Source: a virus
Lineage: Duplodnaviria; Caudoviricetes
DNA: 37,876 bases
Strand: one strand, 5' to 3'
IMG/VR virus record: IMGVR_UViG_3300048886_001340
Location: 1-37,876 of that record
Below, one piece after another: positions 11,101 through 19,434 of this stretch (position 1 is the stretch's first letter; each line of letters opens with the position of its first letter). The notes below the pieces were generated by a model. The model did no database searches, was not told where the DNA came from, and worked only from the letters and a program-made list of their open reading frames with translations. The position numbers and the translations under genes are program-made.

Positions 11101-14100
11101 GCTGATACATTAGCGATTGAAGGTATTCCTACACCTGATCCAGACGGACAAATTACTTCAACGTTCAGTTATTATTTGTCAAGGGTAGATAAAATAGTTC
11201 TCACCAAAGATAGAAAATTCAAAATACTTAGAGGAGAATCAGGCCTTAATCCAGTAGCACCTCCAGATGATGAAGATTCGATGACATTGTATTCATTGAA
11301 TCTTCCAGCATATACGTTTAATCTTACAGACATTACTACACGCTATGTTGACAATAAACGATTTACCATGAGAGATATTGGTAAATTGGAAAAGAGAATT
11401 GAAAGAATAGAATATTATACTGCTCTAACCATATTAGAAAAAGAAACCGCGGCAAGGAATTTTTCTACTACTGCTGCAAGAGATTCATTATTCAATCCAA
11501 CAGGAACATCATTTAAGAATGGTATATTAGTCGATTCTTTTAGTGGACACTCTGTAGGTGATGTAATGAATGATGATTATAATATTTCAGTAGAATATGC
11601 AAAGAAAGAAATGAGGCCAGGGTTCTATTATGATAACCATCGAATGACATATAGTTTAGCATATAGTAATAACGTAACAAAGACAGGAGATCTAGTTACC
11701 TTACCTTATATTAATACTGATTTTATTACACAACCACTTTCAAGCAGTACTCAATCCCTCAATCCTTTTAATATTACAAATTGGATGGGAGCAATAAGAA
11801 CATATCCTGTTTCTGATACATGGTTTTCACAAGGAGTGAGACCTGATGTTACAACAAACTTGGAAAGTCAAAATGATAATTGGGCATTAAGTCCATCTAC
11901 TGGTAGAACAGGATTTGGTTCTCAGTATGATGATTGGAGTACTAACTGGACAGGGAAACAAGTAACAGAACAACCACAAGCTGGTGTAGATAAAACTGGT
12001 AAGACAGGAAAAGCAAATAGAAGTACGGCAGAGATGAATGATTCCAAATCAAGAGTTGGAATTAGTGCCAATACTCCTCCTGAATCGGTTCTTAAATCTA
12101 TAGGTAATAAAGTTGTTGATACGACAGTTGTACCGTATGTAAGAGGACAAACTGTTTTCTTTGCAGCAACGGGATTACAACCACTTACTAACTGTTATGT
12201 GTATTTTAGTGAAACTGATGTATCTGCGTATATTAGACCAGCAAGTAAGTTATCTCTTATATCTGTTAATGGTAACTTTCAAGTTGGTGAAACAATGAAA
12301 GATGCGGCGAATAACTATGGAACAGTTATGTTGTCATCTAATACGTATAATAATACCGCTACAGTTTTCATTTCAAACGTAACAGGAAATACTTCATCTA
12401 CAGACTCTGCACCCTATGCATCAGCAAATGGATTGTCAGAAGGTGAACGTGAATCATTTGGAACATCCACTATTGGAGATGACACTCACGTATTTACTGT
12501 TGCGAATAACGTAGAAGGAGTAACAAGTACAGCAACAGCAAACGTTTCGGCCCGTGTACACTATGCATTGGGTGTAGCTAATGGTATTATGCAAACTGAT
12601 GATACTGGACAGATTGCAGGTGAATTCCATCTTCCAGATGCAACATGGAGATCAGGAAATAAACTTCTTAGAATTACAGATAGTGCACTCAATAATGTTG
12701 AATCTACTATTACTGCATCAGAATCAACCTTTGCAACAAAAGGAATTTTACAGAATCGTGAACAGTTATTAATCTCTACAAGAGAAACGATAAATCAGAG
12801 AGAACTTCCTAATGATACTGCTATTGTCAGAGATACTACTTCACGTTCAACAGAAAAGACTTCATGGGTTAATCCATTATGTCAAACATTTCATGTTGAT
12901 CCAAACGCATACCCTAAAGGATTGTTTTTGAGAAATGTCACTTTACATTTCTATTCAAAGGATACTATACTTCCGATTAAATTACAACTAAGGCCGGTTG
13001 TTAATGGTTTTCCAAGTGCTTCTAAAGTATTACCTTTTAGTGAAGTTTCATTAAATCCAGATAGAGTACAGGCATCAACTATAGCAAACTCCGCAGTAGC
13101 AAACACAACTACAAAAACAACATTTACTTTTGACGCACCTGTATATCTGACACCTGATGAATATGCAATAGTTCTTACATCAAATAGTACAGAATATATT
13201 GTACACATAGCAGAAGAAGGAAAATCATCTACAGGATCTATTGCAAAAATATCTAAACCTGTATTTGTGGGATCATATTATAAACCACAGAACGCGGGGG
13301 TATGGGAAGCTGATTCAAATAAGTATATTATGTTTAATGCACAGAGAGCTGATTTTACTATAGGTGCGGGGGGTGATACAAACTTTGCAAAATTTATTAC
13401 TTATGCAAATGCCGCTACAGGAAATACCGCAAACGTGGAAGCAGATATAATCAAAGTGGGAACTTCTACTATAGATTTTAGTGATACAGAAATTCAATGG
13501 AAGTATGCAGCATCTAATAGTACATTTGCATTAGCTGATGGTACTGAAGGATCTGCTTCTTATGTTAAATTTAGTCCAGATCAGAACTATGAACTAACAG
13601 ACAGAAAACGTGTGGTCGCAACTACTAATGGATCTTTTAGAGTTAGAGCAGAAATGAAATCTACTAATTCACACGTATCACCTGTTATTGATTTAGATCG
13701 AATGAATTTAATTTCTGTTGAAAATTGGGTTGATAATGCCGGACTTGCAGATAGTGATTTTTCAATAACAACTAAAGGTTCAGGTTATGTGAACGTTATG
13801 TCATCTGCATATACTGCAACTATAACAAGTGGTGGAACTACTAATACTGCAACAGTAAATGTTCATGTTGAAGTGACAATGAATGTTAATTCTATAGCAA
13901 GTCCCTCCTCTCTTGTAAGTGCCAATGGTGGTTATACAATCAATGGTAGTAATCCTGGCGCATTCGTTGTTGGTGAAGCTGTAATGTGTAACGTAGCATC
14001 TGATACAAATGCAAACAATAGTGGAGTATATGGAATTGTCTCAGCGATTACTCACTTAGAAGGAAACACTTCAAAGAACGTTTCTTCAGTTACCATAAAA

Positions 14101-14775
14101 ACAAATGCGAATAACAAAACCATAGCCACTACTGGAGCTGGAGCATTTACTAATGGTTGTCTGATATGGGCAAATCCAAACGCACAAACAAATGCAGTAA
14201 CTGGAGCAGCCGGAAGTAATACTAAGATGACAGTCTTAGTTGCTAATGGATATGTTTCTAATGTTGTGGTAGTAGATACTGGTTCGGGATATGTTTCCAA
14301 TCCAACAGTTACAATGTCTACCGTTTCTGGAGCTGGATCAATTAATACAGCAGTACAATGTACAGGAGAAGAAAGAAATAGTGGTGGCCCAATATCAGCA
14401 AAATATATTTCGCGAAGGGTTACTCTTAAAGATGGTTTCGATGCATCAGATATTAAAGTTATTGTTAATGCATATAAACCTTTGGGCACAGCTGTTCACG
14501 TATATTATAAAGTCAAAAACTCTGACGATCCTGAAGATTTCGATTTGAAAAATTATACATTAATGACACAAGAAACTTCTACAGGAACAATTTCTAAAGG
14601 AAAAGATGATATTAAAGAATTTATTTATCAAACTCCTGCAGATACAGCAGCATATACATCAAACAGTATACGATATGAAACCTTTAAGGTGTTTTCAGTT
14701 AAAATAGCACTGGTTGCAGATACTACTTATGATATGCCAAGAGTAAAGGATATGCGAGCAATCGCAATAGATTAA
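8131..14775 (+). CDS. Large virion structural protein, DUF4815/VrlC-like (baseplate-associated)
   Basis: N-terminal NVTPYYDDY...YYRILFRPGYAVQAREVTQLQTILQ, APGAARYKI, LARRTHDESGDY, RFTMRDIGKLEKRI..IEYY, NPLCQTF, and terminal PRVKDMRAIA. Confidence 0.85.
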   Translation: MPLSTNFNVTPYYDDYDENSNYYRILFRPGYAVQAREVTQLQTILQKQIERYGQHMFKDGSKVLGGEVTLDTDVKSLKLETQESGVNINAASFTGTTIIGATSNARARIVASQAATSSTQPTLMFHYLSGDTFDDGETIAAGAVQATVVSAAGASGITGATGNGSVVSVDTGVFYVGGFFLFTPANTIILDAYSEAPSGRIGLQITESTQTSDDDNTLLDPASGTYNYAAPGAARYKIELALKNKALSSSDPVFQLADESFIQLLKVINGVKKEEVKYPMYGELEKTLARRTHDESGDYTITPFNLDLKVHRGISGTTVASGVDGTTVHGNNTLFLTELDIGDEIFLGSNTTTSTITAIANNTRLTVQTTLPTNTGGAVIYNESEINAGLDVGKAYVKGYEYESIDTQYLDVDKGRDTETVTSYSMTSEIGNYLVVDTASSLFDVGSSEVCQMHSVPFASINLTNNTTYSATEVGTARVRSMDWDTSSGNTDNADTNHSNYRLYLWDVNTSNNITGTVGGASANTRIVQLATATTSYVNDAYTGATITVNTTSGIDVTSDVRVVDDYYSNSSGHWVVANSVLTQASIANTTYDIDFKIKDVESITTATLGNPPSINTHADIADGGKYNSSGSGNTILSNTDKNSLVFPLPQSPIKETAGTGNTVSYAFKKVEKALSSDASGKLSISLSNPNYRFMPSSGTLSTTNAKENFIVVVKTPNVAQTFVNAVASGTTLPNSGATIARVLTTGNYLDLGSVNDAGATIRPVEINGTRQTVDIYCNTSAVFVADVIYTVESSSIKKEPGPRTKTLVSGNGSSIVATTGTPAVPTNSTASGQFYFETPNQTQTGTDTIPVSDAFNLVKVVDSGQPFIHVTPAMMTATANNITDRYTFESGQRDNFYDHATIKLKAGQPGPAGKIMVVVDYFNWDGGEGYHSVDSYPTTGSYNRIDAPSTKTFSYSVIPDFTSPTTGETVNLRDCVDFRPRRENADNDMADTLAIEGIPTPDPDGQITSTFSYYLSRVDKIVLTKDRKFKILRGESGLNPVAPPDDEDSMTLYSLNLPAYTFNLTDITTRYVDNKRFTMRDIGKLEKRIERIEYYTALTILEKETAARNFSTTAARDSLFNPTGTSFKNGILVDSFSGHSVGDVMNDDYNISVEYAKKEMRPGFYYDNHRMTYSLAYSNNVTKTGDLVTLPYINTDFITQPLSSSTQSLNPFNITNWMGAIRTYPVSDTWFSQGVRPDVTTNLESQNDNWALSPSTGRTGFGSQYDDWSTNWTGKQVTEQPQAGVDKTGKTGKANRSTAEMNDSKSRVGISANTPPESVLKSIGNKVVDTTVVPYVRGQTVFFAATGLQPLTNCYVYFSETDVSAYIRPASKLSLISVNGNFQVGETMKDAANNYGTVMLSSNTYNNTATVFISNVTGNTSSTDSAPYASANGLSEGERESFGTSTIGDDTHVFTVANNVEGVTSTATANVSARVHYALGVANGIMQTDDTGQIAGEFHLPDATWRSGNKLLRITDSALNNVESTITASESTFATKGILQNREQLLISTRETINQRELPNDTAIVRDTTSRSTEKTSWVNPLCQTFHVDPNAYPKGLFLRNVTLHFYSKDTILPIKLQLRPVVNGFPSASKVLPFSEVSLNPDRVQASTIANSAVANTTTKTTFTFDAPVYLTPDEYAIVLTSNSTEYIVHIAEEGKSSTGSIAKISKPVFVGSYYKPQNAGVWEADSNKYIMFNAQRADFTIGAGGDTNFAKFITYANAATGNTANVEADIIKVGTSTIDFSDTEIQWKYAASNSTFALADGTEGSASYVKFSPDQNYELTDRKRVVATTNGSFRVRAEMKSTNSHVSPVIDLDRMNLISVENWVDNAGLADSDFSITTKGSGYVNVMSSAYTATITSGGTTNTATVNVHVEVTMNVNSIASPSSLVSANGGYTINGSNPGAFVVGEAVMCNVASDTNANNSGVYGIVSAITHLEGNTSKNVSSVTIKTNANNKTIATTGAGAFTNGCLIWANPNAQTNAVTGAAGSNTKMTVLVANGYVSNVVVVDTGSGYVSNPTVTMSTVSGAGSINTAVQCTGEERNSGGPISAKYISRRVTLKDGFDASDIKVIVNAYKPLGTAVHVYYKVKNSDDPEDFDLKNYTLMTQETSTGTISKGKDDIKEFIYQTPADTAAYTSNSIRYETFKVFSVKIALVADTTYDMPRVKDMRAIAID

Positions 14776-14776
14776 T

Positions 14777-15016
14777 ATGGTACAACAAGTACAAACAGAA
14801 GATCCAAAATTTATGAGAGATGTCCACTCTAAGGCACTCTTAAATACTGATTATAATGCTTTACAACAACATAGACGAGAAAGAGTGTATTTTCAGAACC
14901 AGCAAAATGATATAAATATATTAAGAACGCAAGTAGCTGAACTTACAAGTGTGAGAGAGGAAATGCTTGAAATCAAAACTCTTCTTAAAGAATTTATAAC
15001 CAATAAGGAGTCATAA
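14777..15016 (+). CDS. Small conserved protein with C-terminal coiled coil
   Basis: RD.HSKALLNTD motif followed by a heptad-like helix. A similar small gene commonly follows the VrlC-like gene in T4-like phages. Confidence 0.7.
   Translation: MVQQVQTEDPKFMRDVHSKALLNTDYNALQQHRRERVYFQNQQNDINILRTQVAELTSVREEMLEIKTLLKEFITNKES
14911..14918 (+). promoter_or_regulatory. Possible late promoter TATAAATA inside the small ORF
   Basis: Exact consensus about 100 nt upstream of the fibre gene start. It is intragenic, so it could be a chance match. Confidence 0.45.
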
Positions 15017-15019
15017 AAA

Positions 15020-16906
15020 ATGAGTGCCAATGTAGCATTAACCGATACCTTTGATCAATGGAGAGTTAAAACCAACGAGGTTCTTGTTGGTACACAAACT
15101 GATGGAATGTCGAATTTCTTGAAGTTACTTGACACAACAAACTCCACTAGTAATACTACCGGTTCAATTATCACAGCAGGAGGGGTTGGTATCGCCAAAT
15201 GTGTAACGATAGGAGAAGATCTTAGGGTTCATGGAGATATCACGACAGATGGAGATACCACAATAAGTGGTAATCTTCAGTTTGGTGATGCGGCTACAGA
15301 TCAAATAACATTCACAGCCGATATAAATTCTAGTGTAATTCCAAATGCAAACCTTACCTTTAATTTAGGTAATACTACAATGCTTTGGGCTAATACATGG
15401 ACAGGCCATGTTGGAGTTACACAAAAATCAGATTCAGGTAAACCCGCTATTTCCGTTAATTCGGGGGATACAGATCAAATAGCTATAGATATTACAGCAA
15501 GTCAACAAGATGCTGATGTCCTTAATATTGTGGCCGATTCATTAACCACATCAAAGATTATAGATATTTCTGCTGACGCACTCACCACAGGGTCAGCAAT
15601 TTATGTGGATTCGGATTCTTCTGATACTAGTGTCAGAAATCTAGTAAATATTATTCAAAATCATGCATCAGCAACGGGAGCGGTTGCACTTAAGATACAA
15701 GCTGACGCAGGAACAGGTATACTTATTGATACTGATCTAGCAGCAGGTGGTCCCGCACTTAAAATTGATGCAGAACAAGCTACTACAACCGCAGTTGAGT
15801 TTGATTTTGATGCGGCAACAACCGCCACAGCTTTTTCTATATCAGCTGATCTACTTACCACAGGAACTGCTCTTTCAGTTGATTCAGATTCTTCTGATAC
15901 TGGTACAAGAAGTGTAGCAAGTATAATTCAAAATCACGCATCAGCAACAGGCGCAACTGCACTTACAGTACAAGCCGATGCAGGAAGAGGATTATTCATT
16001 GATACGAATCTCGCAGCTGGTGGGTATGCACTTGAAATAGATTCAGAACAAACTACGACAAACACTGCTAAGATTGCAGCTATTAATACTAGTGGAACAA
16101 CATTAGAAGTATCCTCTGTTGGTGTACTAACAGGAAAAGTTATTGATATCACAGCAGATGCCGCTACTACTGGTACTGGTATTAATATGTCAATGGACGG
16201 ATTGACATCTGGTAAAGCAATTGATATTTCAACTACTGGAACACTTACTGGAAAAGTTATTGACATTACAGCAGATTCTGCTACTACTGGTATTGGTATC
16301 AATATGTCAATGGACGGACTAACTACTGGTTCGGCTTTGGTAATAGATTCGAATTCAGCTGATACTGGAACAAGAAGTTTAGTAACAATCCATAATAATC
16401 ACGCCTCAGCAACAGCAGCAGTTCCACTTGTAGTAACACAAGATTCTACGAATTGTGTAGCAAAATTTGTTGGAACATCAACGATAGTTGTTCCAGTTGG
16501 AACAACTTCCAATAGAGGTCCTTCTGTACAAGGTGGAATAAGATATAATACTACAACAAGTGGTTTTGAAGGATATAGTGGATCAACATGGGCAGGACTT
16601 GGTGGACTTATTGATGTTGACCAAGATACAAAGATTATAGCTGAAACTTCAGCCGGTGCAGATAACGATGATTTAGATTTCTATACTGCTGGTACAAAAC
16701 GTATGTCGATAGATCAAGCCGGTGTATTGGCAGTGGGAATCGATGGTACTGGATATGATGTTAGCTTTTTTGGTGACACTTCCGGAAGAAATATGACATG
16801 GGATCAATCAAAGGATGAATTAGTAGTAACAGGAAGATTAAGTGTTAAGGGTGGGTGTTCAGTATATCATCAATCTACACATGCGGCCATTGCATTTGGA
16901 ATGTAG
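15020..16906 (+). CDS. Tail fibre / fibre-like structural protein with beta-rich internal repeats
   Basis: N-terminal TDTFDQWRVKTN attachment-like motif, repeated I.AD.LTTG and IIQNHASATGA units, and VPVGTT..R....GGIRYNTTTSGFEGY.G..W and D.DQDTKI..E motifs typical of phage fibres. Confidence 0.75.
   Translation: MSANVALTDTFDQWRVKTNEVLVGTQTDGMSNFLKLLDTTNSTSNTTGSIITAGGVGIAKCVTIGEDLRVHGDITTDGDTTISGNLQFGDAATDQITFTADINSSVIPNANLTFNLGNTTMLWANTWTGHVGVTQKSDSGKPAISVNSGDTDQIAIDITASQQDADVLNIVADSLTTSKIIDISADALTTGSAIYVDSDSSDTSVRNLVNIIQNHASATGAVALKIQADAGTGILIDTDLAAGGPALKIDAEQATTTAVEFDFDAATTATAFSISADLLTTGTALSVDSDSSDTGTRSVASIIQNHASATGATALTVQADAGRGLFIDTNLAAGGYALEIDSEQTTTNTAKIAAINTSGTTLEVSSVGVLTGKVIDITADAATTGTGINMSMDGLTSGKAIDISTTGTLTGKVIDITADSATTGIGINMSMDGLTTGSALVIDSNSADTGTRSLVTIHNNHASATAAVPLVVTQDSTNCVAKFVGTSTIVVPVGTTSNRGPSVQGGIRYNTTTSGFEGYSGSTWAGLGGLIDVDQDTKIIAETSAGADNDDLDFYTAGTKRMSIDQAGVLAVGIDGTGYDVSFFGDTSGRNMTWDQSKDELVVTGRLSVKGGCSVYHQSTHAAIAFGM
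16127..16322 (+). repeat. Two imperfect direct repeats, period about 117 nt (LTGKVIDITAD.ATTG.GINMSMDGLT)
   Basis: Seen in both DNA and translation, at about 16127-16205 and 16244-16322. Confidence 0.8.
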
Positions 16907-16910
16907 GCAG

Positions 16911-16918
16911 TATAAATA
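16911..16918 (+). promoter_or_regulatory. T4-type late promoter TATAAATA (variant CATAAATA at 16936-16943)
   Basis: Exact consensus in the intergenic gap upstream of 16975. An AAGGAG RBS follows. Confidence 0.8.
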
Positions 16919-16974
16919 GTTTAAATAAAAAAAAGCATAAATAGTATTGAATAACAAGATAAAGGAGAATATCA

Positions 16975-17325
16975 ATGGCAATTCCAAGCGGATCTGGAAC
17001 CGAAGTTTTAAAAGTGAATCTATCAACAAGAACTGACGCGAACGAAATAACACTAGTAAATGGTGTTGCTAACCACATATATACTATTCTCAGTATTTCT
17101 GTTTGTGAAACTGCAGGGAATCCGGAAACTTTCAACTTATACATATCCGATGACGGTGGAGGCACAGATTATGAAATTGTTTCAGACCAGTCATTGGGCG
17201 CAAACAAGACATTTGTATTTAATGACAGGATCGTATTATCGGGTACGGATGAGCTAAATTTTACTGCAGGAGGAACTTGTGACATTGATATTGTGACAAG
17301 TTACATCGATCAGGACTGGACATAA
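16975..17325 (+). CDS. Small beta-rich virion-associated protein
   Basis: MAIPSGSGTEVLK start, YTILSISVCE, TFVFNDRIVL..TDEL. Good RBS, follows a late promoter and the fibre gene. Confidence 0.65.
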   Translation: MAIPSGSGTEVLKVNLSTRTDANEITLVNGVANHIYTILSISVCETAGNPETFNLYISDDGGGTDYEIVSDQSLGANKTFVFNDRIVLSGTDELNFTAGGTCDIDIVTSYIDQDWT

Positions 17326-17326
17326 T

Positions 17327-17926
17327 ATGGGAAGAACTTCAGGTGTATTAGGAACAGAATCAGGATCAGGCGTAATAGATTCTTCAGTTGCTTCAGTAAT
17401 ATTTAAAGCTGCTATTAATAATGCAACACTTCCTACTATAACTACATCAAGTGTACCTGTTGGTAAAACTTTCATAGCACAAGGTGTATGTAAATTAGTA
17501 GAAGCTCGTGATGTTTCAGGTGGGACGATAGTCTCATCAACCTCGACAGGATCTGCCACTACATATAATAGATTTGCGGCAGAAGGTGGAGCTGATAGTG
17601 GAACTTCCGGTGCTGCAGATAGCGGAACTTCTGGTGGTTCTCTCTGGAATTGTAGTTGGGTCCCTCATACATGTTCTCACTATTGTGCTCATTATTGTGC
17701 AAGATACTGTGCACACTATTGTGCTAGATATTGTGGAATAGGTGGTTATGGTTACGGATTTGGTTATGGTTACGGATTTGGTTATGGTTATGGATATGGT
17801 TCAGCTAGAGGATTTTCCGCCACTTGTACAGCAATAGCAGTAAATGGCTCATCTTCTTGGACACAAATAATACCTACTGGATTTTCAGTTGTAACTTGGT
17901 TGTATTATGAAGAAGAGATTAATTAA
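17327..17926 (+). CDS. Cys/His/Tyr- and Gly-Tyr-repeat protein, paralog 1 (putative fibre-tip/adhesin-like or RiPP-like substrate)
   Basis: 199 aa containing GADSGTSG x2, CSHYCAHYCARYCAHYCARYC and GYGYGFGYGYGFGYGYGYG. Paralogous to the next ORF. Confidence 0.8.
   Translation: MGRTSGVLGTESGSGVIDSSVASVIFKAAINNATLPTITTSSVPVGKTFIAQGVCKLVEARDVSGGTIVSSTSTGSATTYNRFAAEGGADSGTSGAADSGTSGGSLWNCSWVPHTCSHYCAHYCARYCAHYCARYCGIGGYGYGFGYGYGFGYGYGYGSARGFSATCTAIAVNGSSSWTQIIPTGFSVVTWLYYEEEIN
17648..17812 (+). repeat. Copy 1 of a 165-nt region encoding an invariant 55-aa cassette (12-nt CxxY repeats, then 6-nt GY repeats)
   Basis: Translation is identical to that of 18227-18391. Confidence 0.95.
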
Positions 17927-17944
17927 CAGTAAGATGAGGAAAAA

Positions 17945-18508
17945 ATGTCAGGAACAGTAGATTATAAGGAAGGTGTAGTATTTAAATCCGCAATTAATAG
18001 TGGAACTTTACCAACCATTGCGGCAACAACTACGATCCCTGTAGGAAAAACATGGTTAGCACATGGTGTTTGTAAATTATTAGAAGCTCGTGAAACGACC
18101 ACAGCCAAAACCGCCAGCACAGCAACAGGTTCAGCTGCAACTCATGCGAGATTTGGCACAGACGGTGGTGCAGATAGTGGAACTTCCGGTGCTGCAGATA
18201 GCGGAACATCCGGAGGCACTCTTTATAATTGTAGCTGGGTGCCACACACATGTTCTCATTACTGTGCTCATTACTGTGCTAGATATTGTGCTCATTATTG
18301 TGCAAGATATTGTGGAATAGGTGGCTACGGATATGGTTTTGGATATGGATATGGATTCGGTTACGGCTATGGTTATGGATCTGCTAGAGGTTATTCAGCT
18401 ATCTGTACAGCTATAGGAGTAAATGGTTCTACATCTTGGACTCAAATAGTACCTGCAGGTTTTACAGTTACTTCATGGTTATATTATGAAGAAGAATCAA
18501 ATTATTAA
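17945..18508 (+). CDS. Cys/His/Tyr- and Gly-Tyr-repeat protein, paralog 2
   Basis: 187 aa with the same architecture as 17327-17926, a GAGG RBS, and a shared WLYYEEE C-terminus. Confidence 0.8.
   Translation: MSGTVDYKEGVVFKSAINSGTLPTIAATTTIPVGKTWLAHGVCKLLEARETTTAKTASTATGSAATHARFGTDGGADSGTSGAADSGTSGGTLYNCSWVPHTCSHYCAHYCARYCAHYCARYCGIGGYGYGFGYGYGFGYGYGYGSARGYSAICTAIGVNGSTSWTQIVPAGFTVTSWLYYEEESNY
18227..18391 (+). repeat. Copy 2 of the 55-aa cassette
   Basis: Differs from copy 1 only at synonymous positions. Confidence 0.95.
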
Positions 18509-18552
18509 TTATATAATAATTAAATTTAAATAATAAAATAAAGGGAACTAAA

Positions 18553-18909
18553 ATGGCAGCAGCGACAGATAAAAATTTCATGTCTGATATACGATATAAG
18601 ATTTTCTTGCGTGCAGTGGCTGAAATAGAAATGACACAGCAGTTAGTGGATTCAGATAATCCGTGGGGTTGTACTGCAGCCGAACTTACTGCATGGAAAG
18701 CCTATCGCAAAGCATGGGCAGATCTTGCTCAATCAGATTTAAGTGGCACACACATAGTAACTCAAAATGACATGATGTTAGGTGGTATAGATATACCAGT
18801 AATTCCTGAAGGATGGGATTTCATTGTTAGAACAGAGGATGATTTGCCCCCTTTGTTAGTTAGAAAAACTTTAGATGGTTATGCAGATGTATCTGAATCA
18901 GAAGGATAG
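18553..18909 (+). CDS. Tail fibre assembly chaperone-like protein, paralog 1
   Basis: WKAYRKAWADL resembles the W..YRQALRDL motif of phage tail assembly chaperones. Shares DNPWGCT with the next ORF. Confidence 0.6.
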   Translation: MAAATDKNFMSDIRYKIFLRAVAEIEMTQQLVDSDNPWGCTAAELTAWKAYRKAWADLAQSDLSGTHIVTQNDMMLGGIDIPVIPEGWDFIVRTEDDLPPLLVRKTLDGYADVSESEG

Positions 18910-18921
18910 GGAGAATTAAAC

Positions 18922-19410
18922 ATGGCCGTACCTGAACAACACACCGCCGAATGGCGGCAGGAAACTAGAAAAAATCGCTATGGTTTATTAATAACAATAG
19001 CAAGAAATGAATTGCATAATACGAGATCTTTTATTTCAGAAGATAATCCCTGGGGATGTACAGAAAAAGAAGTCTCTAATTGGAAAAAGTATCGCAAGGC
19101 ATGGATGGATATTGTGTTAGGAGACAAAACACAAATTAGCTTTAGTGGTACTTCAGACTGGCTTATAGGTGTTCAACAACCAAATCCTCCGCCTGGATGG
19201 TGTAGTATCTTAAAACAAATAGGAGAAGTACCTCACGTTACATGTAGGGTAGTAGACCTAGACATATATGATCCTACTTTGCCTGCAGATCCAATGGCAC
19301 AGACTCCCAAAGAAGGTGTCGATCCTATTTCGGAGTTCACAGCAGGCAACAAATGGGTTGTTGAAGGTGAATATCTTAACACTTGCGATTATGATATGAC
19401 TGCGCCTTAA
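18922..19410 (+). CDS. Tail fibre assembly chaperone-like protein, paralog 2
   Basis: RN.L......DNPWGCT..E...WKKYRKAWMDI followed by a P.PP motif, as in tail assembly chaperones. Confidence 0.6.
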   Translation: MAVPEQHTAEWRQETRKNRYGLLITIARNELHNTRSFISEDNPWGCTEKEVSNWKKYRKAWMDIVLGDKTQISFSGTSDWLIGVQQPNPPPGWCSILKQIGEVPHVTCRVVDLDIYDPTLPADPMAQTPKEGVDPISEFTAGNKWVVEGEYLNTCDYDMTAP

Positions 19411-19434
19411 GTTAAAATTAAGTTAAATTATATT

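Noticed and set aside
17670-17800. CRISPR array or simple microsatellite
   Set aside because: These are 12-nt and 6-nt codon-level repeats with no spacers, and they are degenerate at wobble positions.
17585-18391. Diversity-generating retroelement template/variable repeat pair
   Set aside because: Differences are synonymous third-position changes involving all bases, not adenine-specific. Both copies are coding and no reverse transcriptase is in the window.
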